Assembly (NCBI GenBank): GCA_022790975.1
Contig: JAAVYF010000026.1
Coordinates: 4,484-68,483 of the forward strand
Reading direction: 5' to 3'
Length of the DNA: 64,000 bases
Source of the DNA: Clostridia bacterium
GTDB taxonomy: Bacteria > Bacillota > Clostridia > TANB77 > CAG-508
Every line of letters starts with the position of its first letter. Position 1 is the first letter of the stretch. Below, piece after piece: positions 1 to 12,076 of this stretch. The translations under genes and the position numbers were made by a program. The notes under the pieces are model-generated. The model saw nothing but the letters and a program-made list of their open reading frames with translations. It did no database searches and had not been told where the DNA came from.

Positions 1-255
1 GGTAATACTACTGTAATTGCTCATAATGATGCAAATAATTTCTTTAATTTGAATCAAGCAGAAGTTGATGCAGAATTTACTGTTACAGATGAAAGTGGTT
101 TGGCAACTACATATACAATTATAGAGAAAAAAAGTGTTCAGCCAGATGACTTAAGTGTTTTGTTACCAATGGAAGAAAGTTCTAGAGAAATTACATTAAT
201 TACTTGTGATGAAGCTGGAACAGAAAGACTTGTAATTAAAGCAATTTCAAAATAA
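1..255 (+). CDS. Sortase, C-terminal part (5' end outside window)
   Basis: Frame open from base 1: GNTTVIAHND...ITLITCDEAGTERLVIKA, matching the sortase His / TLxTC / Arg triad. Confidence 0.85.
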   Translation, partial: GNTTVIAHNDANNFFNLNQAEVDAEFTVTDESGLATTYTIIEKKSVQPDDLSVLLPMEESSREITLITCDEAGTERLVIKAISK

Positions 256-296
256 GAAACTAATAATAAATTTTAATAAACAAAGGAAGTAGAAAT

Positions 297-1278
297 ATGA
301 AAACAAAAGTAGAAAAAGTTTTATTGTTACTAATATTTATATTAGTAGTATTGTTAATTAGTACAAAAGAGGTATATGCTTCTGAAGCAAGTTTATCTGC
401 TAGTAATTGTAATGTAGGAGAAAATTTTACAGTAACACTTAATATTCCACAAGACGCTGTTGTTGCACAAGGAGAATTAACTGTTACATATAGTGATGGA
501 ACTACATATAAACAACCAATTCGTTTAATTGGTACAGAAGATTATACTAATTTACATTGGCCAGGTAATTTTTCTACTACAGTTAGTCGGAAATGTAGCA
601 GGAGAAGCAAGTGTTGTAGTAAATGGTATTGTATTAGGAGCTAGTGATGGTTCAATGTTAAATTCAATACAAACATTATCAACAGCAGTTACTATTTCTG
701 CTCCTGTGGCACCTTCTGAGCCTACTCCTCAAGAGCCATCAGAAAATCAAAATCCTTCATCAAGTGATGGAAATAATAATTCTAATACACCAGCACCAGT
801 TGTTAATTTAGAGTTTTCTGATACTAATGAAAAAATGTATACTACCAGAAGAGTTAATATTCGTCAAGGATATGGAACAAATAGTAATATAATTCAAACA
901 TTAGCAGAAGGAACTGAAGTTACAAGAACAGGTGTAAGTAAAGGAAATGTAGATGGATATTCATGGAGTAGAGTAAGTTATAATGGAGTTACAGGGTATA
1001 TTATTACAGGTGGTTTAACTTATGATGCACCTTCTCAAGAAGAGCCAGAAGAAGAACAACCAGAAGAGCCAACTAATGAAGAAAATCCAGAAGAAAATAA
1101 TGAACAAAATAATGAAAACGAAGTACCAGATGATGTTTTAACAAAACTTTCAGAAGAACTTGGAACTATTCCAGAAGTTGGAATAAATATAATGCCATTT
1201 TTATTTTTGGGATGTACAGTTTCTTGTATTACTTTGATGTATGAAGTGAAAAAGAATATTAAAATAAATAATAATTGA
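297..1278 (+). CDS. Secreted cell-wall protein with SH3b-like domain, Pro/Glu linkers and IPEVG sorting-like signal; one +1 shift at CGG 588 (326 aa joined)
   Basis: ORF 297 gives signal peptide, ORF 529 gives SH3b-like VNIRQGYGT..GYSWSRVSYNGVTGYI and C-terminal IPEVG+TM+KK; junction AGT CGG A -> GGA AAT GTA. Confidence 0.75.
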
Positions 1279-1286
1279 GGTAAAAT

Positions 1287-2144
1287 ATGGAAGACGAAAA
1301 AATATTAAGTGGAAAAATAGTTGGAAAAAAAATTAAAGAAGATTTAAAAATTGAAGTAGATAAATTAAGAGAAAATGGAATAATTCCAAAGCTTGCAGTT
1401 ATTATGGTAGGAGAAAATCCTGCATCTAAAGTTTATGTAAAAAATAAATCTAAAGCTTGTAAAACTGTTGGAGTTGAATATGAAGAATATTTGTTAAAAG
1501 AAGATATAACACAAAAAGAATTGTTTGACTTAATAGATAAATTAAATAATGATAGTACAGTTAATGGCATTTTACTTCAAAGTCCAATTCCTTCTCACTT
1601 AAATCAAAACTTAGCATTTGAAAGAATTTTACCTCAAAAAGATGTAGATGGATTTAATGCTATAAATGTAGGAAACTTAAGTATAGGAAATGATTGTTTT
1701 ATATCTTGCACACCATTTGGTGTTATGAAAATTTTAGAGTATTATGAAATTGATGTAGAAGGTAAAAATGCTGTAGTTCTTGGAAGAAGCAATATTGTAG
1801 GAAAACCTATGGTTCAATGTTTATTAAATAAAAATGCTACAGTTACAGTTTGCCATAGTCGTACTAAAAATATAAAAGAAATTACAAAATCAGCAGATAT
1901 TTTAATATCTGCAATTGGAAAGCCAAAATTCGTAACTAAAGACATGGTAAAAGAAGGAGCTGTAGTTATTGATGTTGGAATTAATAGATTAGAAGATTCA
2001 AAAATATGTGGAGATGTTGATTTTGAAGAGGTTTCACAAGTGGCATCAAGAATAACACCAGTACCGGGTGGTGTAGGTCCTATGACAATTAGTATGCTTA
2101 TGTTTAACCTTGTAAAAGCTACAAAAAATCAGAAATTATTATAA
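1287..2144 (+). CDS. folD: Methylenetetrahydrofolate dehydrogenase/cyclohydrolase
   Basis: KDVDG, GRSNIVGKP, TPVPGGVGPMT motifs. Confidence 0.97.
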   Translation: MEDEKILSGKIVGKKIKEDLKIEVDKLRENGIIPKLAVIMVGENPASKVYVKNKSKACKTVGVEYEEYLLKEDITQKELFDLIDKLNNDSTVNGILLQSPIPSHLNQNLAFERILPQKDVDGFNAINVGNLSIGNDCFISCTPFGVMKILEYYEIDVEGKNAVVLGRSNIVGKPMVQCLLNKNATVTVCHSRTKNIKEITKSADILISAIGKPKFVTKDMVKEGAVVIDVGINRLEDSKICGDVDFEEVSQVASRITPVPGGVGPMTISMLMFNLVKATKNQKLL

Positions 2145-2291
2145 AATTTATTTAAATATTATATATAAAAAGCGGGGGCTTTTAAATTCTAAGAAATTTA
2201 AGAAGCTCTTGTTTTTTTTTTAATCAGTAAAAAATGTTTATAGGTAAAACATTCTTAAAAACCTAAATATATTATATAAGGAAAAATATAA

Positions 2292-3141
2292 ATGATTGAT
2301 AAAAAAATTATATATATTTGGATTTCTAAACTTCAAATTGATAGAAAAATAAAATTAAAGGCGATTAAAGAACTTGGAGGAATTAATGAATTTTTTGAAG
2401 CAAGTCTTGATGATTTGATTTATTTAGAATTTTCAGAAAATGCAATTTATAAAATATTAAATAAAAAAACAAAAGAAGAATGTTTTTATGATTTAGAATA
2501 TATGACTAAAAACAATATTGATATTATTGGTATTTTTGATAAAGAATATCCTTTAAGATTAAGAACTATAAATGAAAATCCTATATGTTTTTATTTAAAA
2601 GGAAATAGTAAAATATTAAATAACATTTCAGTTCGGAATTGTAGGTTCTAGAAATGCAGTAAAAGAAAGTTTAGAAGTAGCCAAAATTCTTGGAGAATGT
2701 TTCTCAAAACAAGGTATTAATGTTATAAGTGGTTTGGCAAGAGGAGTAGATAAATTTGCTCATCTAGGTGCTTTAAAAGGAGAAAATGGTAAAACAATTG
2801 CTGTTTTAGGAAGTGGTATAGATGAAAAAAGTATTTATCCATATGAAAATTTGAAAGTATATGAAAGAATTATAGAAGAAGGTGGGGCTATATTATCAGA
2901 ATATCCATTAAAAACAAAACCATATAGTTATAATTTTCCATATAGAAATAGAATTATAAGTGCATTATCAGATGTGATTATTGTAGTTCAGGCCTCTAAA
3001 AATAGTGGGAGTTTAATTACAGTTGATTATGCTTTATCTCAGGGAAAAGATATTTATGTTTATAACAGCCATAATATTAATTTAGAGTGTTTTTCCGGAA
3101 ATAAATCACTTATAGAAGATGGTGCAAAAATTATTATGTAA
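2292..3141 (+). CDS. dprA: DNA processing protein DprA; one +1 shift at CGG 2634 (282 aa joined)
   Basis: GTT CGG A -> GGA ATT GTA GGT TCT AGA restores V-G-IVGSR; then SGLARGVD, FPYRNRIISALS, SGSLIT. Confidence 0.9.
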
Positions 3142-3304
3142 AATGTTAAAAAGTAAAATATAATTTGTAAAATTAAAATAAAATGTAAGTTTAATATTTG
3201 GAAAAATTATTTAGAAAATTTGTTATAAATAGTAGAAATTTAAGACTTAAATTGATATAATGATGGCAATATTTTTATAAAATATTTTGGGGAGGAAATT
3301 ATAT

Positions 3305-6300
3305 ATGGATAAATATAAAAAGAAAAATATATTAAAAAAGTTAGTATTTTTCATAATAGTTATTAGTGTTATTGCGGTTATAGTAACTATGAGTATTGTT
3401 AGAAGTAATAAAAAGCCAGTTATAAATGATTATACATTGGCTTCTTATGAAGTTAAACAAAATGCTTCAAAAGACAATACAAGTAATAATACAGATAAAG
3501 TATCAAACAATAATACATCTATAGATGATGAAGCAACAGGAATTTTAAGTCCTTTAGTAAAAGTAATGACACAGGAAGATTCAAATAAAGTAAATGCTGC
3601 AATTATTGATGTTTCTCAAACAAGAGATGATATTACAATAGTAATAGATTCAGTTGGAAAAGATGTATTTAAAGATTATGGAAATGGAGATATTTTTATT
3701 TTAACTGGAAGTAATGAAACTATATTTGGAGAAGTTTACATATCTAAAATTATTAAGAAATATACTAATTCATCAGGAAATTTAGTAGTAACAATGGAAA
3801 CACCCGCAATTGATGAAGTGTTTGATAAATTAAATATAGATGAAGAATTTATGGCAAGTGATGATAATATTACAAATATAGAGCCAGCAGAAGGTGTAAC
3901 AGTTAAATATGTAAATGATGTAACAAGTGAAGTGGTAGGAGTTTCAAATACTGGTGAAAATTCAGCTTCTATTGATAACATGACAGAATTAAAATTCGAA
4001 GATGAAGAAATGATTGGACCAAAAAAAGTTTTAAATCTAGATACAAGTTATACAGGAGGAATTCTTTTAGAAGTAGATTTAGGAACATCCTATGATTTTG
4101 CCTCAAAAAGCTGGAGCGTAAAAACTGCAGCAGAAGTTAAAGAAAGTATAAAAAGTAAATTAGATTTAGATGAGTATTATAAAGGAGAAAGCGAAGGAGA
4201 AAATGAAGTTTATAAAAATAGTGTAACAGAAAATGAAAAAGTAACAGAAAAGAAAACTGAAAATGGAACTGAAAAAGAAGTTACTACAACTGTTACATCT
4301 GATCAAAATGGTAAAAAAGATACTATAAAATATGATGAAAATGGTAATGTATTACCACAAGAAGAGGAATCATTAAAAAAAGATGTTGATAAAACTAAAT
4401 CAACAAAAGAACTTTCAGAAAAAGAAATTAATGAATTAAATGATTTAATATCAAAAATTTCAGATGCAGGAGAATTTAAATCATCTATAGATTTTTCATT
4501 AAAAGGAAAAATAGGTCTAGAAAATATTGGAGCATATTTAAAATTAAATTTAGATATTTTTAATGGAGGACTTACAGACTTATCTGCTGGGGTTAAAGGA
4601 AATTTTATTACTAGTTTGGAATCAGCAGCGAAATTAGAATGTGAATTAGGTGGAAAGGTTACAAGTAGAGAATTAAAAAATGTTTATAAAATTGAAGGAT
4701 TAAATCAAAAATTATTACCATTATTTTACTATCAAATAGGTGGTGGAATTAGTATATTAAATACAATAAATCCTACTTTAGAAAAGTTACCAATAGCATG
4801 TGGAGTTTTAGTTTATACAGATTTATCTGGTAAAATAACACTATCTGCAACAGCAACTCTTGAATATAAAAATGAATTTGAAGCAAGTATTAAATTAAGA
4901 GAAAATGGAGAATGGGTACAAAAAGATAAAATTGTTTCTGTTAAAAATACAGAAACAGGAAAGTTAGAAGTAAAATTACTTGCAAGTGCTAGTGCTAGAT
5001 TTGATATTATTGGTGCAGGAGCTTTAATTTCAGTTGCTAATATTAATTTAGTCGAAATTGATGTGTTTGATATATATTTAAGTTTTGAAGGTGAATTAAG
5101 TTACCATGGAATTATTGAAAAGAAAAATGTTAAAGATTTTCTTAATGCAAACGATGGTAGTCAAAGTCAAAATAATGGATGGCAAACTACAAAAGATGAA
5201 GGAAAAGCAACAGCGTATTTAGGTGGATATATGGATGTATTTAGAGTAAGATTAAAGCTAAAGCTCACAATCTTACCAGATACAAGATATAGTAAAACTA
5301 AGAATTATAGTTTTGACTTTATATTACACACATTTACATTCTTTAAAATAGGAACTCCTGCAAAAACAGCATATAAATCAGATTGGAAATATTCAAAGGT
5401 TGCAGCTGTTACAGATAAATATGAGATTTATAGAGATTCAAAAAATAAATTAATTAGAAAAGATTTAACAACAGGAAGATGTGATACATATAAAATAGAT
5501 AATTTTGTTGCAATATGTGGAATAGATGAAACTTTTATATATTTATTACAAGATGGAAATAATGGATATAATATTTATAGAGCTACAATTGATACAGATG
5601 CAGGAAGAGATAAAAAAATTGTTCCTGTTGTACAGGATAAAGTTATTATAAAAGATATTGATGATGTTTTACTAGAAGATGATAATTATTTCTATGTAAC
5701 CAAAACAGACTCTAAAGATACAATAGTTAGATTAAAAAGGTCAGATTTAAATACAACTGATTTTTGCACTATTGATGGTATGAATTATTTAACATTGGAA
5801 AATGATGGTTCTAAGTTTTATGTTGCAGTAACAGACCCAAATGATTCTTGGTCAGGACTTTTTGGAGAATATGCAAATTCATATTATTATATATCTAAGG
5901 AAAATGGAGAAATTTTAGAAGAGGCTCCAGAAGTTTATGAATATAAATTAAAAGATTATGGATATTCATATCTTAGCAAAATATTAGTTCATAACTTTTT
6001 TAGAAATACTGTAAGTGGTGTTTCAATAAAAGCTAAAAATTCAAATGTTTCAGAAATGGAAACTACAATAGGATGGAATAATATGTCTTGTGGAACTGTT
6101 GTAGTAAAGCAATTAGAAGAAGAGGTAACAGATGAAAATGGACGTGTATCAAATGAGATGGCATATTGGATGTGCTTATATAGTGCAGAAACTGGAGAGT
6201 TAATTAAAGTAGCTAAAGTAAATGATGGAGGAGCTTTATGGACAGTTACAATTGGAAAAGATGGAAAAATTTATTATATAGATACAGATAAAGAAACTGG

Positions 6301-6541
6301 AAATAAAGTTTTAAATTGTGTTGCTACAACAGGTGGAAAAGTTGAACGTATTAAAGAATTTTCAGATGGTACTTTTAATTGTAATTTAAATAATACTGGC
6401 GCATCAGAAATAAATTCAACATTATATTTTTATTCTTATAATGATGATGATATAAAAATGGAATTTAGATATACAATTACAGAAAGTGCAGGTGGATTAG
6501 CAGGTAGAGGAATAAGCGGAGGTGGTGGAGGAAATCACTAG
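3305..6541 (+). CDS. Large membrane-anchored extracellular protein with probable C-terminal beta-propeller region
   Basis: RBS GGGAGG before ATG 3305, N-terminal TM, beta-rich repeats, Gly-rich tail. Confidence 0.65.
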   Translation: MDKYKKKNILKKLVFFIIVISVIAVIVTMSIVRSNKKPVINDYTLASYEVKQNASKDNTSNNTDKVSNNNTSIDDEATGILSPLVKVMTQEDSNKVNAAIIDVSQTRDDITIVIDSVGKDVFKDYGNGDIFILTGSNETIFGEVYISKIIKKYTNSSGNLVVTMETPAIDEVFDKLNIDEEFMASDDNITNIEPAEGVTVKYVNDVTSEVVGVSNTGENSASIDNMTELKFEDEEMIGPKKVLNLDTSYTGGILLEVDLGTSYDFASKSWSVKTAAEVKESIKSKLDLDEYYKGESEGENEVYKNSVTENEKVTEKKTENGTEKEVTTTVTSDQNGKKDTIKYDENGNVLPQEEESLKKDVDKTKSTKELSEKEINELNDLISKISDAGEFKSSIDFSLKGKIGLENIGAYLKLNLDIFNGGLTDLSAGVKGNFITSLESAAKLECELGGKVTSRELKNVYKIEGLNQKLLPLFYYQIGGGISILNTINPTLEKLPIACGVLVYTDLSGKITLSATATLEYKNEFEASIKLRENGEWVQKDKIVSVKNTETGKLEVKLLASASARFDIIGAGALISVANINLVEIDVFDIYLSFEGELSYHGIIEKKNVKDFLNANDGSQSQNNGWQTTKDEGKATAYLGGYMDVFRVRLKLKLTILPDTRYSKTKNYSFDFILHTFTFFKIGTPAKTAYKSDWKYSKVAAVTDKYEIYRDSKNKLIRKDLTTGRCDTYKIDNFVAICGIDETFIYLLQDGNNGYNIYRATIDTDAGRDKKIVPVVQDKVIIKDIDDVLLEDDNYFYVTKTDSKDTIVRLKRSDLNTTDFCTIDGMNYLTLENDGSKFYVAVTDPNDSWSGLFGEYANSYYYISKENGEILEEAPEVYEYKLKDYGYSYLSKILVHNFFRNTVSGVSIKAKNSNVSEMETTIGWNNMSCGTVVVKQLEEEVTDENGRVSNEMAYWMCLYSAETGELIKVAKVNDGGALWTVTIGKDGKIYYIDTDKETGNKVLNCVATTGGKVERIKEFSDGTFNCNLNNTGASEINSTLYFYSYNDDDIKMEFRYTITESAGGLAGRGISGGGGGNH

Positions 6542-6606
6542 AAATAAAAACTTAGAACAAATTTTAGACATTTAATATTGCTATAAAATAAATTTATAAG
6601 AAAGAG

Positions 6607-8610
6607 TTGAAGAAAATGAAATTAAAAAAGATAGGCTTTAGTTGTGCAATAATTTTTTTAATATTAATAATTTGTGCTTCATTAGTAGTTAGAGCTAATA
6701 ATGAAGTTGAAATTAATGCCAAAAAAGATGTTGTTTCTTCTGAAAATTTTAAGGGAACTAGAGAGTTTATATTGTATGCAGATCTATCAAATTTAGAAAA
6801 CTATATATCTGGTGGTAGAACTAGTTTAGAGTACATAATTAGAATGTTTAAATCAGATTGGCTAAATTTTGAAATATCTACTGAGAATTATGATTTGAAA
6901 ATTAAAATAAACTTTGATTTTGAATCTTATGAAGATTATACATCAAAAATAAGTGAACTTTTATTATATGACCCAACAATTATTTATGATGATGAAAGAT
7001 ATATAGAAGGTTTTTCAACAGTAGAACTTGCAAATTTTATAAAAGATAAATTTCAAGAGAACGAGTTTTATCTTTCAGACACAGAAGATATAGAAATTTT
7101 TGTTTCAGGAGATTCTAAAATTATATTTAAAGATGAAACTATATATGAGGCTAAAGATGGAAGAATAAATAAGCAAGAAGAATCTTTAAATATTACATTA
7201 AAATCATTAAAAATAGATACAACTTGTAACGAAAGTGGATATACTAGAAATATTCATTTAGAACTTTTTAATGAATCTGCTTCTAATTTGAAAAAAATTC
7301 AAAAGGCATTTGAGGAAAACTGTAAAGATTTAGGGTTAGACTACAAAAAAGAAGATTCTAATGAAGCAACAGTTTCTCCATTTACTATAACTATAAATGC
7401 TAAAAATATGAGAAGCTTATCTGAATATATGATTAAAATATTTGGAGTAGGAGCTGGTGTTATAGAAAAAGAAGAATTTGCATCTGGAAATAACGTAAAA
7501 ATAACTGTTTCAGAATATTTAGATGTTAAATCTTTATTAATAGAAGATGGAAAATATGAATATACTTTTGCTCCAAAAAATGAATTTGAAAAATTGGCTT
7601 TGACAGAAATCTATGATGAAAATTCTGGATATTCTGTTGAAAATAATATATATAAGTTTACTGGAAAAGAAAATACAATGAAATATAGTTATCAGAAAAA
7701 TTTCGAGTTTGATAAAATTTCTATTGTAACTAATTTTTCAGAAATGTCAAAAACAGGAAAAATCACTAGAACAGTTAGTTTAAGATTAAGAACAGTTATT
7801 GCAAATGAAATACATGATAAAATTAAGCAAAGTTTAAGTGGGATTTTAATAAATAATACAACTCTAAATATTTATGATGAAGGTGCTTATAGATACTATG
7901 ATATAGTAGTTACATCTAATTCTATTAATTCAATAAATAAAAGTATAGCCTCTATTTTAGATGGGTCAAGTAATTTAAATATTACAAGTAGAATTTTTCC
8001 ATTTTTGCTAAGTAAAATAGAAGATAATATTACAATAGGACAAATTTGTAATTTAGTTGAAAATTATGAAAATGTTGAATTAAAATATATTTTTAAAGAT
8101 GGAGTGAAGATAGAAAAAACAGAAATTGGTGAAATTTCAAATAGTGGAAATACATATACAGTTTCATTAGATAGTAATTTAGAAAAAATTGAAGTAAAAT
8201 ATAAAGAATTTGATAAATTACTATTTGCAAAAATCATTTTATTTATTATAATAATTATTATTGTATTTTTTATTATAAGATTTAAAATTAAAAAGAAAAT
8301 AAAGAGTATAAAAGAAAAAAGAGCTCAAAAAAGAGCAGAGAAAGAAAATAAAAGAAGTGAAAGTAAAAAAGATAAATTAGGAAAACAAGATAATAAATCT
8401 AAGAAAATAAAAGATAAATCCAAAAAACAAGATAATAAATCTAAAGAACTAAAAGATAAATTAGAAAAACAGAATAGTAAATCTAAAGAACTAAAAGATG
8501 AATCAGAAAAGCAAAATAGTAAATCTGAAAAAACAAAAGATGAATTAGAAAAGCAAGATAATGAATCTGAAAATTTAGATAAAGAGAAAAGTAAAGGAGA
8601 TGAAAAATAA
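6607..8610 (+). CDS. Exported protein with C-terminal TM and charged repetitive tail
   Basis: Signal peptide, late TM LLFAKIILFIIIIIIVFFII, KQDNKSK repeats. Confidence 0.65.
   Translation: MKKMKLKKIGFSCAIIFLILIICASLVVRANNEVEINAKKDVVSSENFKGTREFILYADLSNLENYISGGRTSLEYIIRMFKSDWLNFEISTENYDLKIKINFDFESYEDYTSKISELLLYDPTIIYDDERYIEGFSTVELANFIKDKFQENEFYLSDTEDIEIFVSGDSKIIFKDETIYEAKDGRINKQEESLNITLKSLKIDTTCNESGYTRNIHLELFNESASNLKKIQKAFEENCKDLGLDYKKEDSNEATVSPFTITINAKNMRSLSEYMIKIFGVGAGVIEKEEFASGNNVKITVSEYLDVKSLLIEDGKYEYTFAPKNEFEKLALTEIYDENSGYSVENNIYKFTGKENTMKYSYQKNFEFDKISIVTNFSEMSKTGKITRTVSLRLRTVIANEIHDKIKQSLSGILINNTTLNIYDEGAYRYYDIVVTSNSINSINKSIASILDGSSNLNITSRIFPFLLSKIEDNITIGQICNLVENYENVELKYIFKDGVKIEKTEIGEISNSGNTYTVSLDSNLEKIEVKYKEFDKLLFAKIILFIIIIIIVFFIIRFKIKKKIKSIKEKRAQKRAEKENKRSESKKDKLGKQDNKSKKIKDKSKKQDNKSKELKDKLEKQNSKSKELKDESEKQNSKSEKTKDELEKQDNESENLDKEKSKGDEK
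8370..8580 (+). repeat. Coding tandem repeat, 21/42-bp units (KQDNKSK-ELKDKLE)
   Basis: Repeated aaacaagataataaatctaa / gaactaaaagat units. Confidence 0.7.
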
Positions 8611-8613
8611 GAA

Positions 8614-10960
8614 GTGGAGAATGCAATGAAGAAAGATTTGACTTCAAAACTAAAATATTTAGGTTTAGACATGGATAATATACCAGATGTTTTATATGAT
8701 TTTCATGCATTAAATTTTAATGTTTCAAGATTAAATAATGATAAAGACCATAAAATATTTAAGTTTGTTCCAATTGAAAAAATAGAAATTTTGCTTACTC
8801 CATGTTTGCGTTCTGACACTGTACGAGAAAAATATAGTAAAGCAGCACCACTTGGAAAATATTTAAATGGTGATGAAACAGAAGAGGGAATAGAAAGATA
8901 TACTACATTTTTGAAAATGATTAGTACATTTTCAATTTCTGAAGTTGAAGGAATAAGTAATATTCAACAAGAAATGAAAACTCAACCGCCATTTAGAGTT
9001 AAATATAATAGAGAGCATTTATGGCAAATTTATTATAGTGAATCTACAGATAGGTATTTTATGCTTGTTTGTACCAAAGAAGCAACATTTGCTGAATTTT
9101 TCTATTTATTAAAAAAGAAAATAGAGATGTCAATTGAAAAAAGTAAAGAAACTCCAATAATTTTTGTGCCAATAAATTATATGAATTATTCAGAAACATT
9201 TTTGAATAGAGATGAAATTGTTGATTGTGAAAATTATTTGTGGCTTTTTACTAAAAATTGGCCAGTTATTTATGAAGTATATGATAAAGAAAATAGAATG
9301 AATTTGCAAATTATAGGAGAAACTTTTGTTTATGATTCTATAAAAAGTACATATAAAATAACATTAACTTCTAAAGAAGATGCTATAAAGTTTTATAAAC
9401 AAGTTAAAGCTGTTTTTATTATGCAAACAGAAATAAAAGGTTATTTTTCTTTTTCAACAAAGATAAATAGCAAAAATGAATTGGAGCTATATTTTGAAAA
9501 TCAAAAAATTTGTTATGATAATTTAACAGAGTTTATAAAAACTAGATATGAAATTGCTGTAGAAGAAATTAATAAACACAATAAAGAATCCCAAAAATTA
9601 GAAGATACATTAGAACAATTAAAAAAAGACTCAAAAGTAAAAGAAGCAGAATATATTCAAAAACAAAGAGAGATATATTTGTTTTTAGAATGTAAAAAAA
9701 CATTTATGGGAAAAATGAAATATTTCTTTAAATCTACTAAAATGAAAAAAAAGGCAAAAAAGGATATAGAAAAAGAAAACTCTGCCTCTAATTTATTTAA
9801 TGAAAAGTCAGAAATTATAAATAGTAGAATAAATACAAAACCTATGGAAACTTATATGAGTGAAAAAAAATATTATACTATTGAAGATTTGGTTGTTATT
9901 TATTCAATGCTTGAAGATGGTAAGAAAAAATATCAAAATTTACTTCAAGATATAAAAGCAATGGAATTAAAATATCAAAATTTAAAACGGTAAGGTTAGA
10001 AATGCTGAGCTTTATATTGAAGAAATAGATAAACATAAAAAAAGTATTTTTGACTTTTGGAAATTTACTAGTAAAGATGAAGTACTTTCATTAGAGATGG
10101 GTCAAGAAGATGAGAAAAAAGAGCAAGTTAATATAAAAAGAGTATTCGATTTTGAAAGTGATTTTGATACACTTGGTGTGGAAATGGATAAACTTCAAAG
10201 ACGTAAACTTTCAAAAGAGGAAACAGATAGTATTTTTGTTATAAATGGAAAAATAATTAATATTGTAAATAATTTACGAAAAGGTGAAATGAATGAAAAA
10301 CAGATAGTAACAACATTACAAACTTTAAAAAGTGAATTTAATAAAGATCGTTTATACATAAATGAAGAAGCATTCGATATATTTGGTAATATTACAGATG
10401 ATAGCAGAAAATCAAGATATATAGGTTCAAGAAGTCATAGGGAAAATGAAAAAAGTAAGTATAAAATTTTAAATATTAATAAAGATATAGATGAATTTGA
10501 TTTTACAGAAAAACTTCAAAGTATTAGAAGCTATGTTGAAGGCGCAGTACCAAAAGTACAATCAAAATTTGATATGCCATTATACAAATTAGTTGAAATT
10601 CCAAATGTGCTAAATGAAACAGACTTGCTTGTTGCAAATATTAATGTGGAAAATGAACTTAAAAATTATGAAGATAAAGGAGAGGGAGCTTTAAATTTAT
10701 TAAAAATCAATTTTAAAGAGGAAATGCCACTACTTTATTATTCAAATATTATCTATTATGATAATACAAATCAAACTTTGCCAGAAGGAATGGATTTATC
10801 AACACAAGTTTTAATAGATTGTGAGAAATTTAAATTTACACTTACTAATAAAAATAAGTTTAGAACTAATAATTATTTTAGAGAAAGCAATAATCTTATT
10901 TTACCAAAATCTAAAGATATATTTGTTTATGAATATGATGTAGAATTAAAAAAACTTTAG
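8614..10960 (+). CDS. Hypothetical coiled-coil protein; one +1 shift at CGG 9988 (781 aa joined)
   Basis: AAA CGG TAA; +1 frame GGT AAG GTT AGA... stays open for 36 codons into ORF 10097. Confidence 0.7.
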
Positions 10961-11237
10961 ATAGATATTTCTTTCTAAAGTTTTTTCTATTATATTTTAG
11001 AAATATAAATTTTAAAAATTAATTAGTAAGTATTGTTTAGATAACTTAATTATTTTATAGTATCAAGAATATAAAAAAAAAATAATTAAATTTGTATAAG
11101 TAATTTTTAGAGTAAGTTTAAAATATAGTAAAAAATTTTTAATTTGTTATAATGTTTAAAATATTTATAATTTGAAAATAATTAAGAAAGGAAATATGAT
11201 AGGTGTATTTATAAAATTCTATCATAAATAGAAGAAT

Positions 11238-11657
11238 ATGATTTCAGAAATAAAAGTAGAAGTAAGATATGCAGAAACTGATAAAATGGGAATAACACAT
11301 CATTCAGTGTATCCAATATGGTATGAACTTGCAAGAACAGAATTTATAAAAAATATAGGTATTACATATACAGATATGGAAAATCAAGGAATAATGTTAC
11401 CTTTATCTGAACTTAATTGTAAATATATAATGCCATCAACATATGAAGATAAATTAAAAATAAAAGTATGGATATCAAAATTAACTCCAGCAAGAGTAGA
11501 ATTTTGTTATGAAACATATAAAGAGGGAATTGATAGACCTATAGCAACAGGAAAAACAACTCATGCATGGGCTAATAGTAAAACATTAAAACCAATGAAT
11601 TTTAAAAGGAATTTTCCTAAATATTATGAAGAAATTGAAAAAATTGTTGAAAAATAA
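11238..11657 (+). CDS. Acyl-CoA thioesterase (YbgC/FadM hotdog family)
   Basis: VRYAETDKMGITHHSVYPIWYELAR motif. Confidence 0.9.
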   Translation: MISEIKVEVRYAETDKMGITHHSVYPIWYELARTEFIKNIGITYTDMENQGIMLPLSELNCKYIMPSTYEDKLKIKVWISKLTPARVEFCYETYKEGIDRPIATGKTTHAWANSKTLKPMNFKRNFPKYYEEIEKIVEK

Positions 11658-11773
11658 AAATGAAATAATAATTTATATTGAGTTATATTTTTTTATTTTT
11701 TTTACTTAAATCATTGAAAAAATATAAAAATTTGTATATGATGTATTCATAAATTTTTACAAAGGAGAAGAAG

Positions 11774-12076
11774 ATATTAATTAATAAAAATGGTATTACA
11801 TTAATTGCATTAGTAATTACGATTATAGCGCTTTTAATTTTAGCTGGAGATAGTACAGCTTCTATAAATGCTTTAAGTAATATATATAATATAGATTCAG
11901 AATTAGCTGAATCATGGAAAAATTTTCAATCATTAGAAAGTGTTAGAGCAATGTCAACAAGTGATTTTGAACATTTATATTTTGAAGCAACTCAAACAAG
12001 AAAAACAATATCAGAAGTATCTGCCACAGCAACTAGTAGCACACCTTTACAAACATCAAATTTATTGAAAATATAG
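11774..12076 (+). pseudogene. Prepilin-like ORF (GITLIALVITIIALLILAG) lacking a standard start codon; absent from ORF track
   Basis: RBS AAGGAG 11762-11767, ATA at 11774, 100 open codons to TAG 12074-12076. Confidence 0.6.
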
